A stretch of DNA of 64,000 nt from contig CAWGMK010000010.1 of the NCBI GenBank assembly GCA_963823655.1, forward strand, positions 384,001 through 448,000. The letters run 5' to 3'. The notes beneath the pieces were generated by a model, which searched no databases, was not told the origin of the DNA, and saw only the letters and a program-made list of their open reading frames with translations. Both the position numbers and the translations under genes were made by a program. Position 1 is the stretch's first letter. Every line of letters starts with the position of its first letter. This document shows, piece after piece, positions 40,601 through 51,536 of the stretch. Source of the stretch: an uncultured Bacillota bacterium (lineage in GTDB: Bacteria; Bacillota; DTU025; MWDF01).

Positions 40601-43600
40601 CTACTTGAACTTGTACGCCACCGACGACAGGTCCCAGCAGGGCGAGATACAGTTCAGGGTGGGCGAGGGGACCAGCTCATTCAACATCAGCTGGGGCAGC
40701 TGGCAGCAGTACGCGCAGATGGTGCAGTACACTCTTGCGGCAGGAGACGGCCAGAGGAACATATGGGTCAGCTTCAGAGACGTCGCAGGCAATGTATCGC
40801 AGCCCTACAGCGCAAGCATAATGCTTGATACCAGGACCCCTTCCATAACCGGCCTGCAGGCTTACAACATAACCACGACAAGCGCGGTCATCGGCTTCAG
40901 CACGAACGAGCCCTCGTTCGGTAGCGTGGAGTACGGCACGAGCTCGTTCTCGCTGATCCTGTCCGTGGGAGACGGCGAGGCGAAATCAGCGTCAGTAAGC
41001 TCCGTTGCGCCAAGCTCGGTCATCATAACACCGAACCCCGTCGCGACAAGGCCGGGCATGACCAGTTTCAACGTAAACATCACTGGCCTCAAGGCGAGCA
41101 CAACTTACTATTACAGGGCAGTGGCGACCGACCTTGCCGGCAATACGTCGGTAACCCAGGTCATGAACTTCAGGACACAGGATCCAGTAGTGGCAGATAC
41201 CCAGGCGCCTACGGGGTCAATAAGCATAAATGACGGTTCACAGTACACAAGGTCCAGATATATCTATCTCAACTTGTTCGCGCAGGACAACAGGTCGCAA
41301 CAGGGAGAGCTCCAGTTCAGGATAGGCGAGGGCATTAGCACCTTCAACATCAACTGGGGCAGCTGGCAGCAGTTCAACTCCAAGGTGCTATACACCCTGG
41401 CGGCGGGCGACGGCCAGAGGAACATATGGATTACCTACAGGGATGCTCAAGGCAATGTGTCGCAGCCATACTCGGCCTCTGTAGTCCTGGACACCAGGGC
41501 TCCCGGCATATCGGGCCTGCAGGCATACAATATTACGACGACCTCTGCAATCGTCGGCTTCAATACGAACGAGCCGGCCTTTGCAAGCGTCGAATACGGC
41601 ACATCCTCCTTCTCCTTGAGCCTGGTATCGGGCGAAGGCGATGTGAGATCGGCGTCCATAAGCTCCGTTGAGCCAAGCTCGGTCATAATCACGCCGAATC
41701 CAGTAGCGTCCAGGCCGGGCATGACGAGCTTCAATGTCAACATAACAGGGCTTAAGGCCAACACGACTTACTACTACAGGGCTGTGGCCATGGACATCGC
41801 CGGCAATACGACGGCGTCCCAGGTCATGAGCTTCCAGACGAGCGCGCCTGTGCCGACGGATACGACGGCGCCGGCAGGTACGATCGTGATAAACGACGGC
41901 ACCAACTACACAAGGTCCAGGTACGTCTACTTGAACCTCTCGGCGAATGACAACATCACACAGCAGGCCCAGTTGCAGTTTAGAATCGGCGAGGGAGCCA
42001 ACAGCGTCAACATCAGCTGGGGCAGCTGGCAGCAGTACACATCAAGGGCATCTTATGCGATGACTGCAGGTGACGGCCAGAAGAACATATGGATCACCTA
42101 CAGGGATGCGGCCGGCAACATCTCTCAGCCTGCCGTAGACTCGATAGTCCTCGATACTAGAGCGCCTTCCATAACGAACCTGACGGCGGGCAACATTAGC
42201 CAGAGCTCGGCGGTGGTGAGCTTCAATACCAGCGAGCCGGCCTATGCAAGCGTCGAATACGGCACGTCCTCATTCTCCCTGAGCCTGGTATCCGGAGAGG
42301 GCGACGTGAGGTCCGCATCGATAAGCTCAGTTGAGCCCAGCTCGGTCATAATCACGCCGAACCCGCCGGCAACAAGGCCCGGGATGACGAGCTTCAGCGT
42401 GAACCTCACAGGGCTCAATGCGAATACTACTTACTACTACAGGGCCGTTGCGATGGATATCGCGGGCAACACCACGGCATCCCAGGTAATGAACTTCAGG
42501 ACGGGTGCACCCGTGCCTACCGACAGTACGGCGCCAACGGGTTCGATAAGCATCAACGACGGTACAAGGTACACAAGGTCCAGGTACGTCTACTTGAACC
42601 TGCTCGCACAGGACAACATGACGCAGCAGGCTGCGCTTCAGTACAGGGTGGGCGAGGGGACCAACAGCTCCAACATCGGATGGGGCAGCTGGCAGCAGTT
42701 CTCGGCCAAAGTCGCGTTCACAATGTCCGCGACCAACGGCCAGAAGAACGTGTGGGTAAGCTACATGGATGCTGCCGGTAACACTTCCCAGCCTTACGTG
42801 GCGTCGATAATCCTGGACACCATAGCCCCTTCGATAAGCAACCTGACGGCAAGCGCCATAACGCAGTCATCGGCGACGATCAGCTGGAACACGAACGAAC
42901 CCACGCTCGGCAGCGTAGAGTTCGGGAGCAGCCCGTCATCGCTCAATTCGGTATCGGGAGATGCAAGCGTAAGGTCCGCTGCTGTAAGCTCAGTACAGCC
43001 CAGCACAGTGATAATTACGCCTCAGACAATCTCCTCGAAGACGGGCAATACGTCTTTCAGCCTCAATATCACAGGGCTTACGGCGAATACTACGTACTAC
43101 TACAAGGCCGTTGCAATGGACCTTGCAGGAAACGCCACGGCATCGCAGACGGCAAGCTTCAGGACCTCGTCGATATCGGCGCCCCCTGTTGTGACCCCGC
43201 CTGTCATCACGCCTCCAGTCGTAGTACCGCCCATAGTGCAGCCGCCTGTGGTAACGCCTCCCGTAGTAGTGCCGGGTTCGCCTACGGCTCTGATTAACCT
43301 CGCGGGCAAGTCGCAAGGGGCGAAGGCGGACTCCAACGCATGGAACAGCGGCAATGTAGCGAGCATGGCGAACGACGAGAGCGCATCCTCCTTCTGGGAA
43401 TCCGGCTCGACCCCTGATGATTCAGGTTCCGAGAGGCTAATCATTAATTTCGGCAAGTCCGTCACATTGAATACGGTAATACTGAAAGTCTCAGCCGCTG
43501 GCTATCCGAAGGCCTTCCGCCTGATGGCAGTCCTGAACAACAAGTGGACCCAGGTGGCCGAATTCAAGGACGGCAAGGTCAAGGGCAACACCAACGCACT

Positions 43601-43721
43601 CGAATTGCTCACGTTGAGCTTCAATGCGATAACGACCACATCCATAAGAATTGAGTTCCTCGATGTGGTGAAGAAGGGCGATCTGGTAAGGATATACGAA
43701 ATAGAAGCATATAAGAAGTAA
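37686..43721 (+). CDS. 2011-aa secreted protein: TPR array, alternating Ig-like/fibronectin type III domains, Pro/Val linker, C-terminal discoidin (F5/8 type C)-like domain
   Basis: Signal peptide; AWYGLGRAY-type TPRs; repeated D..APTGSI.INDG and W.T.E...VEYG...LTGL.A.TTYYY domains; C-terminal NLA..A.A.S..MAND...FWES...LIINFG...IYEIEAY. Confidence 0.8.
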   Translation: MRTRRPMALIVTAVVVFTLFIGAGSAMAQISTHLQNGERFITEGNWASAVIEFRNALSYEAQNTTAWYGLGRAYEGLSGAKGAFDRKIEGLTGIAESSDWALTAEASSNLNEAVKAFTNAVSNFPSNVSAIAPLARAQFMLGRTQEALLTLEKAISPFQLNNDALAHMLYIGTLSGDAQRVAYYAQIARANQQAMSDPAVLHALSAIEYAKGDYKAAEAILTPLMYRYDIGYIPLKAMGDVLLAQGRPLEAVNFYRYAAGLNDKASGAWLMYADIMSLSGDAVNAASAYRSALLANPSSVWAKFGLARSLAETNDPNGALGLLKDIVETGNAANLDSIYTYKGQVERTLGQLQQAEISLKSALVLNSANSVAANYLNLVQGEMRTRGMSSLQFDGVSIPAFDGFVINGGAAFTNNRKVVLNVNTSASYVAFKNENSDYSAMNFKFGSTASYDWLLSDIDGKKSVQMRTREGLFSVAKDGPVKEIMLDSTAPVISFKETKFSSGNVFLMTLQATDAATGIGSFWLSVDGIDWKYYRWIGGSFPFSLTNVPANKIVSGAIVDGAGNFMPFQSDLGSTVPGPVITNVTVQETGTGKVTVKWNTDRLADSYVEYKLGQAANTVGAPTSTKTHSVDITGLVTGQTYQFKPISTDSYGLRAEGQPVSLLISMPASGPVISNINVTNVSASAATISWTTNVAAYGYVVYTSAGQQFTSQQVGPSQSAQVSLTGLTQIASYQYQIVAWDAAGRQSYSDPRTFTTLSSDRVAPVISTLRISGGVTTTGNRNVGIELFATDDSGYVTEMSFRDDATSWGAWQTYNSYASFILSDKDGQRTIYARVRDTQGNISAEASVRVTLDRTAPKISWVGAQVGSDMADVTWDTDENANSWVLFGSSQFSLNSTMGQADSTRSHKVMLTGLLSNTTYFYKVMSRDATGNSSESSVSSFRTQAAVQSDTKAPTGSITINDNSQYTRSRYLYLNLYATDDRSQQGEIQFRVGEGTSSFNISWGSWQQYAQMVQYTLAAGDGQRNIWVSFRDVAGNVSQPYSASIMLDTRTPSITGLQAYNITTTSAVIGFSTNEPSFGSVEYGTSSFSLILSVGDGEAKSASVSSVAPSSVIITPNPVATRPGMTSFNVNITGLKASTTYYYRAVATDLAGNTSVTQVMNFRTQDPVVADTQAPTGSISINDGSQYTRSRYIYLNLFAQDNRSQQGELQFRIGEGISTFNINWGSWQQFNSKVLYTLAAGDGQRNIWITYRDAQGNVSQPYSASVVLDTRAPGISGLQAYNITTTSAIVGFNTNEPAFASVEYGTSSFSLSLVSGEGDVRSASISSVEPSSVIITPNPVASRPGMTSFNVNITGLKANTTYYYRAVAMDIAGNTTASQVMSFQTSAPVPTDTTAPAGTIVINDGTNYTRSRYVYLNLSANDNITQQAQLQFRIGEGANSVNISWGSWQQYTSRASYAMTAGDGQKNIWITYRDAAGNISQPAVDSIVLDTRAPSITNLTAGNISQSSAVVSFNTSEPAYASVEYGTSSFSLSLVSGEGDVRSASISSVEPSSVIITPNPPATRPGMTSFSVNLTGLNANTTYYYRAVAMDIAGNTTASQVMNFRTGAPVPTDSTAPTGSISINDGTRYTRSRYVYLNLLAQDNMTQQAALQYRVGEGTNSSNIGWGSWQQFSAKVAFTMSATNGQKNVWVSYMDAAGNTSQPYVASIILDTIAPSISNLTASAITQSSATISWNTNEPTLGSVEFGSSPSSLNSVSGDASVRSAAVSSVQPSTVIITPQTISSKTGNTSFSLNITGLTANTTYYYKAVAMDLAGNATASQTASFRTSSISAPPVVTPPVITPPVVVPPIVQPPVVTPPVVVPGSPTALINLAGKSQGAKADSNAWNSGNVASMANDESASSFWESGSTPDDSGSERLIINFGKSVTLNTVILKVSAAGYPKAFRLMAVLNNKWTQVAEFKDGKVKGNTNALELLTLSFNAITTTSIRIEFLDVVKKGDLVRIYEIEAYKK
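40533..43184 (+). repeat. four tandem 663-bp (221-aa) intragenic repeats, each an Ig-like + Fn3 pair
   Basis: Units start at 40533, 41196, 41859 and 42522 (exact 663-nt period); protein highly similar, many synonymous differences. Confidence 0.92.
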
Positions 43722-43739
43722 CTGTATAGACTATGAATG

Positions 43740-43779
43740 GCGCCGCGGGGCGGGAAGCCGTCCCGCGGCGCGTTCCTTT
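43740..43779 (+). terminator. terminator after the giant protein gene
   Basis: GCGCCGCGGG...CCCGCGGCGC-GTTCCTTT. Confidence 0.6.
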
Positions 43780-43791
43780 GGAGGGTTTACA

Positions 43792-44963
43792 TTGGGAGTC
43801 ATAAAACTTCAAAATGGCAGGGACAAAAGGGTCAGGGCGGGGCATCTCTGGATATTCGACGGTGAGATCGAATTCTATAAAGGACGCCCTTCCGGGAGAC
43901 ATCGCCGAAGTTGTCGGCAGCCACGGAACATTCCTGGGCAAGGCGATGATCAGCGGATCATCGAGCCTGAAAGCGCGCATGATGACGAAGCTCAACGTCG
44001 ATGTCGACGACGCTTTCTATATGAGGGCGCTAAAAAGCTGCATCGCGCACAGGAAGGCCGTGGCAGGGGGCGCATCCTGCTACAGGGCGGTCAACAGCGA
44101 AGGGGACATGCTTCCCGGCCTTATAGTGGACGTATATGAGGACGTATTCGTGCTTCAGGCGACGACTCTGGGAATGGACATGAGGAAGGCCAAGCTTTCG
44201 AGGATGCTTTCGGAGCTTTTGGGGCTAAAGAAGGCCTATGAGCGCAGCGACATGCCGATTTGCAGGTACGAGGGCCTTGAGCCGGTCGCAGGTTTCATAT
44301 CCGAGCCTTTCGACACGAAAGTCAGGATGCACGAAAACGGCATCATGATGGACATTGATGTGGCGACCGGGCAGAAGACGGGCTATTATCTCGACCAGAG
44401 GGAGAACAGGCTCGCCGCCTCCCAGTACACAAACGGCGGGGATGTGCTCGACGCCTTCTGCTACAACGGAAGCTTCGGCCTTTTAGCGGGGCTTAAAGGG
44501 CGCAAGAAGCGTACACTTCCTGGACATGAGCGAGCCGGCCGTCGAACAGGCCAAGGCCAATGCCGCCTTAAACGGGCTTGAGGGGATAAGCAGCTTCAAG
44601 GCCGCGAATGCCTTCGACGAGCTCAACCACCTCGTCAAGGAGGGCGCCTCATACGACCTGGTCATGCTGGATCCGCCTCCTTTCACCAGGAACAAGGAGG
44701 CCATCGAAGGGGCGATACGAGGCTACAAGGAGATCAACCTCAGAGGCATGAAGCTGACAAAGCCAGGAGGCTACCTTGTGACTTCGAGCTGCTCGCAGCA
44801 CATAGGCATCGAGCTTTTCAAGGAAGTCATCGCCATGGCGGCGGCGGACGCCGGAAGGTATCTCCAGCTTGTAGAGTCAAGATCGCAGGCGAGGGATCAT
44901 ACGGTACTGCTTTCGATGACGGAGACCGACTATCTGAAGTGCCTGATATTCAGAGTAATTTAA
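43792..44963 (+). CDS. RlmI/RlmK-like class I SAM-dependent rRNA methyltransferase, two apparent +1 indels near 43873 and 44498
   Basis: GHLWIF PUA start, SEGDMLPGLIVD, GQKTGYYLDQRENR, VLDAFCYNGSF, YDLVMLDPP, TSSCS, ETDYLK. Confidence 0.88.
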
Positions 44964-45061
44964 ATGGGAGGCAGCCCTTCCATTATCGAGCCGCTATATG
45001 TTATAATCCTTCTTGCTTTATGTCGAAGAGATAACTCCTTCTCTTTGTGGAGGTGTACAGA

Positions 45062-45259
45062 ATGAAGGAAAAGATACATCCAAAGTACAAGTTAACCAAG
45101 GTTACTTGCGCTTGTGGGGAGACTTTCGAGGTAGGATCAACAGCCGAAAACCTCAGAGTCGAGATCTGCTCCAAGTGCCACCCGTTCACTACCGGCGTCC
45201 AGAGAATAGTAGACACCGGCGGCAGGGTGGAGAAGTTCCGCAAAAAGCATAACCTTTAG
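45062..45259 (+). CDS. rpmE: 50S ribosomal protein L31, zinc-binding type
   Basis: [29 protein letters not shown]. Confidence 0.96.
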   Translation: MKEKIHPKYKLTKVTCACGETFEVGSTAENLRVEICSKCHPFTTGVQRIVDTGGRVEKFRKKHNL

Positions 45260-45390
45260 CAGTCCGGGCGGAGCCGAAGCTCTGCTTCAGCTTTGCCCAG
45301 ATCGCGAATATGTCGGAGCCTTGCTATATGCTAAGGCTCCGACATTATTTTATAATGAGTTGGACAAGCTTTATTTGGGGGTTGTTTCTG

Positions 45391-45978
45391 ATGGATATGA
45401 GAGGAAACCATCCGGGCGGCTGGATAGAGGTCATCTGCGGCTCCATGTTCTCCGGCAAGAGCGAGGAGCTCATCAGGCGGGTGAAGCGGGCGCGGATAGC
45501 AAAGCAGAAGGTGGTTGTCCTCAAACATTCCATAGACGACAGGTTCTCTTCCAAGGAAGTCGTCTCCCACGACGGCGACAAGCTTGAAAGCATCCCGGTT
45601 GCCAACTCAAAGGACATATTCTCCATAGTCCCGCTCGGGACGCATGTAGTGGCAATAGACGAGGCCCAGTTTTTTGACGAGGGCCTGGTGGGAATCTGCG
45701 ATACATTGGCCGCCAACGGCGTTAGGGTAATAGTGGCGGGCCTTGATACCAACTTCAGAGGAGATCCATTCGGCCCCATGCCGATGCTTTTGGCGCTTGC
45801 GGAGGACGTCAGCAAGCTTAACGCCATCTGCATGAAATGCGGAGCCCCGGCGTCGAGGACGCAGAGGCTGGTAAACGGCAAGCCCGCCAAATACGACGAT
45901 CCGGTCGTAATGATCGGGGCCAGCGAGTCCTACGAAGCCAGATGCCGGAGGTGCCACGAGGTCCCCGGCAGACCATAA
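45391..45978 (+). CDS. tdk: thymidine kinase
   Basis: [27 protein letters not shown], zinc ligands CMKC and CRRC. Confidence 0.95.
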   Translation: MDMRGNHPGGWIEVICGSMFSGKSEELIRRVKRARIAKQKVVVLKHSIDDRFSSKEVVSHDGDKLESIPVANSKDIFSIVPLGTHVVAIDEAQFFDEGLVGICDTLAANGVRVIVAGLDTNFRGDPFGPMPMLLALAEDVSKLNAICMKCGAPASRTQRLVNGKPAKYDDPVVMIGASESYEARCRRCHEVPGRP

Positions 45979-45997
45979 TCCCATGTGAGGTGTATTT

Positions 45998-46903
45998 ATG
46001 AGCGAGAAACACAGCTACGGCGGCCAGGCGGTGCTCGAGGGCGTCATGATGAGAGGGCGCAAGGGCATAGCGGTGGCCGTAAGGAAGCCTGACGGTCAGA
46101 TAAGCATGTACAAGAAGCTGATGAAAGAGGACAAGAAGCCGGCGCTGTTCAAGATGCCCGTAATCAGGGGAGTTGTGAACTTCGTCGAGACGCTGGTAAT
46201 CGGCATGGACGCGCTCATGTTCTCAGCGAACGAGGCGACAGGACAGGACGAGAAGCTTACAAGCTGGGAAGTGGCGCTGACCTTACTAGCGTCTTTCGGA
46301 CTCTTTGTGGGCCTTTTCATTGTTCTTCCCAATGTCCTCGTGTCCATCATATCGAGGTATTTCGCAAGCATTTTCGTCATCAACCTTATAGAAGGCGCGC
46401 TCAGGCTCGCGATATTCGGCCTCTACCTGTACGGGATATCCTACATGAAGGACATAAAGAGGCTCTTCGCATACCATGGGGCGGAGCATAAAGTCATAGC
46501 CGCCTATGAAGCTGATGAACCTCTGGACACAGCGCACATCCAGGCCCATACGACGATGCATACCAGATGCGGCACCAACTTCCTTCTCATAGTCATGTTC
46601 GTTTCGATACTGATTTACTCGGTGCTGGGCAGGCAGACGATACTCGCCCGCATCGCGACAAGGATAGTATTGCTGCCCGTAATCGCAGGCCTTGCCTATG
46701 AGCTGTTCAAGCTGGCCGCCAAAAAGCGCGACAGCGCAATACTAAGGGCCGTCTCGTACCCCGGCTTGCAGCTGCAGAAGCTTACGACCAAGCAGCCGGA
46801 CAACGATATGGTGGAAGTGGCGCTTGCGGCGTTCAAAGGAGCACTTGAGATGGACGGGGAGCCTGTGCCTGCGATTGAGGCCGGCACGGTTCAGGAAGGA
46901 TAA
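45998..46903 (+). CDS. DUF1385 domain membrane protein (YqhQ-like)
   Basis: [35 protein letters not shown]. Confidence 0.88.
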   Translation: MSEKHSYGGQAVLEGVMMRGRKGIAVAVRKPDGQISMYKKLMKEDKKPALFKMPVIRGVVNFVETLVIGMDALMFSANEATGQDEKLTSWEVALTLLASFGLFVGLFIVLPNVLVSIISRYFASIFVINLIEGALRLAIFGLYLYGISYMKDIKRLFAYHGAEHKVIAAYEADEPLDTAHIQAHTTMHTRCGTNFLLIVMFVSILIYSVLGRQTILARIATRIVLLPVIAGLAYELFKLAAKKRDSAILRAVSYPGLQLQKLTTKQPDNDMVEVALAAFKGALEMDGEPVPAIEAGTVQEG

Positions 46904-46911
46904 ATTTCCAA

Positions 46912-47979
46912 ATGGTTGAGAAGCTCTTAGACGTCGAGAAGAGATATGAGGAGCTAGAAAGAAGCCTCTCCTCACCCGATGTCGTATCCGACATGGATCA
47001 ATTCAGGAAGCTCTCGAAGGCCCATTCGTCCCTGACTCCGATAGTGGAGAACTTCAGGGAGCTCAGGACGGTCGAGGAGCAGCTTGCAGGCGCAAATGAT
47101 ATGCTCTGGCACGAGGATGACCCCGAGCTTAAGCAGATGGCCTCGGAGGAAGTAAGCTCCCTGCAAAAAAGGCAGGAGCAGCTCAACGACAAGCTTAAGC
47201 TGCTGCTTCTCCCCAAGGACCCACTCGATGAGAAGAACGTAATCCTCGAGATTAGGGCGGGAACCGGCGGCGAGGAGGCGGCCCTTTTCGGAGGGGACCT
47301 GCTTCGCATGTACGGCAGGTACGCCGAGCGCAGAGGATGGGCACTTGAGCCCATGAGCATGTCAGAAACGGGCCTGGGAGGCTTTAAAGAGGCCATCGTG
47401 ATGATCTCGGGCGACCAGGTTTACTCGCGCCTGAAGTTCGAATCAGGGGCCCACAGGGTGCAGCGCATCCCTGAGACCGAGGCGCAGGGCAGGATACACA
47501 CATCCGCCGCCACGGTAGCTGTCATGCCAGAAGCAGAGGAAGTGGACGTTGAGATCAACCCGAACGATCTTAGAGTCGACGTCTTCAGAGCAGGCGGGCA
47601 CGGCGGCCAGGGCGTAAACATGACGGACTCAGCCGTAAGGATTACCCATATGCCTTCAGGGCTGGTAGTACAGTGCCAGGACGAAAGGTCGCAGCTTAAG
47701 AACAAGGAGAAGGCGATGAAGGTGCTTCGCTCAAGGCTGCTGGAAAAGACCATAGAGGAGCAGCAGTCGAAGTACTCGCAGCAGAGGAAGAGCCTTGTCG
47801 GAAGCGGCGACAGGTCCGAGCGCATAAGGACATACAATTTCCCGCAAAACCGCATGACGGACCACAGGATAGGCCTTACGCTGCATAAGCTGGATATGAT
47901 AGTCGACGGCGACCTTGACGAGATAATTGACGCGCTGATACTCAAGGAACAGAGCGAAAGGCTAAAGAAGGATGAGTAG
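46912..47979 (+). CDS. prfA: peptide chain release factor 1
   Basis: [21 protein letters not shown] (PxT), [19 protein letters not shown]. Confidence 0.97.
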   Translation: MVEKLLDVEKRYEELERSLSSPDVVSDMDQFRKLSKAHSSLTPIVENFRELRTVEEQLAGANDMLWHEDDPELKQMASEEVSSLQKRQEQLNDKLKLLLLPKDPLDEKNVILEIRAGTGGEEAALFGGDLLRMYGRYAERRGWALEPMSMSETGLGGFKEAIVMISGDQVYSRLKFESGAHRVQRIPETEAQGRIHTSAATVAVMPEAEEVDVEINPNDLRVDVFRAGGHGGQGVNMTDSAVRITHMPSGLVVQCQDERSQLKNKEKAMKVLRSRLLEKTIEEQQSKYSQQRKSLVGSGDRSERIRTYNFPQNRMTDHRIGLTLHKLDMIVDGDLDEIIDALILKEQSERLKKDE

Positions 47980-48844
47980 GCAGGATGGAGGGCACACTGT
48001 GCTCGACCTCCTGAACAAATCGGCGGGCTACCTCGCCCAGAAGGGGTCACCCTCGCCAAGGCTTGATGCAGAGCTCCTGCTTGCCAACGTATTGGGCTGC
48101 AGCAGGATATCCTTGTATGTAGGATTCGACAAGCCCCTTGGCGAAGATGAAGTGAACTCTTACCGGCAGCTTGTAATGCGCAGGGGACGCAGGGAGCCGG
48201 TAGCCTATATAATCGGCAAGAAGGAATTCATGGGGCGCGATTTCGCAGTCCAAGCCGGGGCCCTGGTCCCAAGGCCTGAGACCGAGCTGATGGCGGAGCG
48301 CGGCATTGAGGCTATACGCAGCGCAGATGAGCCTCTGGCGGCCGAGCTGTGCTGCGGAAGCGGGGCGGCTGGCATATGCCTTGCCCTGGCCCGCAAGGAG
48401 TGCAGGCTGCTGCTGACCGACATCTCGGACGAATGCCTCTCGGTGGCAAGGGCGAATGTCGAGGCCCACAAGCTGTCCGACAGGGCAGAAGTATTGAAAA
48501 GTGACCTTTTTGAATCGTGGCCGGCCCATTATGCAGGGCAATTTTCGGTGATCATCGCAAACCCGCCGTATATACCCTCGGCGGAGATAGACGGCCTGGA
48601 GCCCGAAGTGTCGCTGCATGAGCCAAGGCTGGCCCTGGACGGCGGCCCCGACGGGCTGGACCTTTACAGAAGGATAGCCCGGGAAGCTTCGCATTGGCTC
48701 AAGGCACAGGGCGTGCTTGTGCTGGAAGTCGGGCACGATCAGTCTCGCGACGTCGGTAAGCTCCTGGTTGATGCCGGTTTAAAGGATGTACGCTACCACA
48801 AGGACCTTCAGGATTATGAGAGGGTAGTCGAGGCTATCGCTTAA
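47972..48844 (+). CDS. prmC: release factor glutamine methyltransferase
   Basis: [31 protein letters not shown]. Confidence 0.95.
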   Translation: MSRQDGGHTVLDLLNKSAGYLAQKGSPSPRLDAELLLANVLGCSRISLYVGFDKPLGEDEVNSYRQLVMRRGRREPVAYIIGKKEFMGRDFAVQAGALVPRPETELMAERGIEAIRSADEPLAAELCCGSGAAGICLALARKECRLLLTDISDECLSVARANVEAHKLSDRAEVLKSDLFESWPAHYAGQFSVIIANPPYIPSAEIDGLEPEVSLHEPRLALDGGPDGLDLYRRIAREASHWLKAQGVLVLEVGHDQSRDVGKLLVDAGLKDVRYHKDLQDYERVVEAIA

Positions 48845-48856
48845 GGGGGGCTTCCT

Positions 48857-49954
48857 ATGAACACCGTGTTTGTGAACATGGCGTCGGGCATCAAGGAAGA
48901 ATACATAGCGAAAGCGGCCGAGATCATAAGATCCGGAGGGCTCGTAGCATTCCCCACGGAGACAGTGTACGGTCTGGGAGCCAGCGGCTTCGACCCGCAG
49001 GCGGTGGCCAAGATCTTCAAGGCGAAGGGCAGGCCGCAGGACAATCCGCTCATCTTGCACATATCCAAGCTGGACGACCTTTTTGAGCTGGCCAGCGAAG
49101 TGCCGCCGGAGGCGATCAAGCTTGCCAACTTGTTCTGGCCGGGCCCGTTGACCATGGTGCTCAAGAAGAAGCCGATAGTGCCCGACACCGTAACCGCGGG
49201 CCTTCAGACCGTGGCCATACGCATGCCCGCGAACGACATCGCATTGAGGCTCATAGAAGCCTCCGGTGTGCCCATCGCCGCCCCCAGCGCCAACGTCTCA
49301 GGAAGGCCCAGCCCCACATCGGCGGAGCATGTCATGAGCGACCTGTCAGGAGTAATTGACATGGTAATCGACGGGGGGCCGACGAGAATAGGCGTAGAAT
49401 CCACAGTGCTGGACATAAGCGACGCCACGCCGGTGCTCTTAAGGCCGGGAGGGTTGGGGCTTGAGGATTTAAAACTTGTCCTTCCCGATATCGAGATGGG
49501 AATGGACAATCCGGACGGGCCTGCGAAATCGCCGGGGCTCAGGCACAAGCACTATGCGCCCAAAGCGCCCCTGTTTCTTTATAAAGGCCCGGTCGACGAG
49601 CAGATAGCCACAATCAGCCAGGAGATGGTCTCGCTCGCTAGAAACGGCAGCAGGGTGGGCGTTTTGGCGGCGGCTGGCGAACTGGAGGCCATAAGGAAGA
49701 GCGCGCGACTTGCCGGCCTTTCGGCAAACGACGCCCCGTGCGGCGAATCGGACATCGTGTATGCGGCAACGGGCAGGCGGGATCGGATGTATGAGATCGC
49801 CTCATCGCTTTTCGCATGCCTCAGGCAGCTTGATGCCTCGGACGTGTCAATTATTCTGGCGACATCATATATTGAAGAAGGGCTCGGTTACGCGGTCATG
49901 AACCGGCTGGTGCGCGCAAGCGACGGCAGGGTCCTAATGGTTGAGGAAAGATGA
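48857..49954 (+). CDS. sua5: threonylcarbamoyl-AMP synthase (Sua5/YwlC)
   Basis: [50 protein letters not shown]. Confidence 0.93.
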   Translation: MNTVFVNMASGIKEEYIAKAAEIIRSGGLVAFPTETVYGLGASGFDPQAVAKIFKAKGRPQDNPLILHISKLDDLFELASEVPPEAIKLANLFWPGPLTMVLKKKPIVPDTVTAGLQTVAIRMPANDIALRLIEASGVPIAAPSANVSGRPSPTSAEHVMSDLSGVIDMVIDGGPTRIGVESTVLDISDATPVLLRPGGLGLEDLKLVLPDIEMGMDNPDGPAKSPGLRHKHYAPKAPLFLYKGPVDEQIATISQEMVSLARNGSRVGVLAAAGELEAIRKSARLAGLSANDAPCGESDIVYAATGRRDRMYEIASSLFACLRQLDASDVSIILATSYIEEGLGYAVMNRLVRASDGRVLMVEER

Positions 49955-49970
49955 TTTCGGAGGTGCTCGG

Positions 49971-51056
49971 ATGAATATTTCTATAGGTTGCGACCATGCC
50001 GGCATTGAGCTGAAGACGGCGCTTATCGGAAGGATCGCCTCACTGGGGCATACTGTCCGCGACAGGGGGACTCATGCTACCACTTCGGTGGACTACCCGG
50101 ATTTCGCTTCCATAGTCTGTGCGGACGTGGCATCGGGCCAGTCTGACAGGGGCGTGCTCATATGCGGCACGGGCATCGGGATGTCGATGGCCGCCAACAA
50201 GATAAAAGGCATAAGGGCGGCGCTCGTATACGATATGGACACCGCGCGCCTGTCAAGGGCTCATAACGACGCCAATGTGCTCTGCCTGGGCGCCAGGACC
50301 CCTAGCGCAGCCATTGCGCCTGAGATACTGGAGCTGTGGCTTGCCACAGCTTTTGACGACGGCAGGCACAGCCGCAGGGTATGCAAGATAGATGCGCTGG
50401 CCATTGCCAGAGAGGGCTGGGAGGGGCTCAATAACGTACATGTGATCAACCACCCTCTCATACAGCACAAGCTGTCGCTCATAAGGCAGAAGCAGACCGA
50501 GCCGCGCCATTTCAGGGACCTGGTTTCGGAGATCGCAAAGCTCATGGCATACGAAGTCACAAGGGATGTACCGCTTGCGGAAATCGAGATCGAGACGCCG
50601 ATCTGCTCCGCCAAGGGCAAGGTCATGGCCGGCAAGCACTTCGGCATCGTTGCAATATTAAGAGCAGGCCTTGCGATGGCAGAATCAATACTCGAGATAA
50701 TGCCCGGCGCAAGGATGGGCCATATCGGCCTCTACAGGGATCCCTGCACGCTAAAGCCCGTGCAGTACTACTCGAAGCTTCCCCAGGACACAGCAGACCG
50801 GAGCATGATACTAGTCGACCCCATGCTTGCGACCGGAGGCACGATAATAAAGGGCATCGACCTGCTCAAGCAGGCAGGCGCCAAGGGTATCAAGGTGGTC
50901 AGCATCGTCTCCGCCCCTATCGGGATCAGGAACATCGTCCAGGCCCATCCGGATGTGGAGATCTTCGTGGCTTCAGTCGACGAGAAGCTAAACGACCACG
51001 GCTACATAGTCCCCGGGCTGGGGGATGCGGGCGACAGGCTTTACGGCACCAAGTAA
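49971..51056 (+). CDS. rpiB-upp: in-frame RpiB (ribose-5-phosphate isomerase B) - Upp (uracil phosphoribosyltransferase) fusion as sequenced
   Basis: N-half GCDHAG, SVDYPD, CGTGIG, HNDAN, RHSRR; C-half [34 protein letters not shown]; no stop between them. Confidence 0.8.
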   Translation: MNISIGCDHAGIELKTALIGRIASLGHTVRDRGTHATTSVDYPDFASIVCADVASGQSDRGVLICGTGIGMSMAANKIKGIRAALVYDMDTARLSRAHNDANVLCLGARTPSAAIAPEILELWLATAFDDGRHSRRVCKIDALAIAREGWEGLNNVHVINHPLIQHKLSLIRQKQTEPRHFRDLVSEIAKLMAYEVTRDVPLAEIEIETPICSAKGKVMAGKHFGIVAILRAGLAMAESILEIMPGARMGHIGLYRDPCTLKPVQYYSKLPQDTADRSMILVDPMLATGGTIIKGIDLLKQAGAKGIKVVSIVSAPIGIRNIVQAHPDVEIFVASVDEKLNDHGYIVPGLGDAGDRLYGTK

Positions 51057-51059
51057 GGG

Positions 51060-51536
51060 GTGGACAGGATGGTCGACAGGCCCAGCTGGGACAGATACTT
51101 CATGGATATAGCGGTGATGGTCGCGACTAGGTCCACCTGCATGAGAAGAAGCGTAGGTGCCATCGCTGTGAACAACAGGCGGATACTCGCCACAGGCTAC
51201 AATGGCACGCCAAAGGGGCTCAGGCATTGCACCGAAGTGGGCTGCATAAGGCAGGAGCTGGGCATACCGTCGGGCCAGAGGCACGAGCTTTGCCGCGGCC
51301 TGCATGCGGAGCAGAACTGCATAATACAAGCGGCGGTCCACGGAGTGCAGCTGGACGGCTCGACCATATACTGTACTTTCCAACCCTGCGCAGTGTGCGC
51401 CAAGATGCTCATAAACGCCGGCATATCGGAGGTCGTCTACGAGGGGGGTTACCCCGACGAGATGGCTGTGTCGATGCTTAATGAGGCGGGGGTAAAGCTA
51501 AGAAGGCTAGAGCCGGAAGCGGAGGTTGGCGGCTGA
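51060..51536 (+). CDS. dCMP deaminase family protein
   Basis: [33 protein letters not shown]. Confidence 0.92.
   Translation: MDRMVDRPSWDRYFMDIAVMVATRSTCMRRSVGAIAVNNRRILATGYNGTPKGLRHCTEVGCIRQELGIPSGQRHELCRGLHAEQNCIIQAAVHGVQLDGSTIYCTFQPCAVCAKMLINAGISEVVYEGGYPDEMAVSMLNEAGVKLRRLEPEAEVGG

Noticed and set aside
40533-43275. CRISPR-like or DGR-like repeat interpretation
   Set aside because: Repeats are in-frame 663-bp protein domain duplications or Pro/Val codons with synonymous differences; no spacers, cas or reverse transcriptase genes.
46912-47979. Alternative genetic code or stop-codon reassignment
   Set aside because: TAA, TAG and TGA all end conserved genes at the expected positions, RF1 has the normal PxT motif, and no suppressor tRNA is present.
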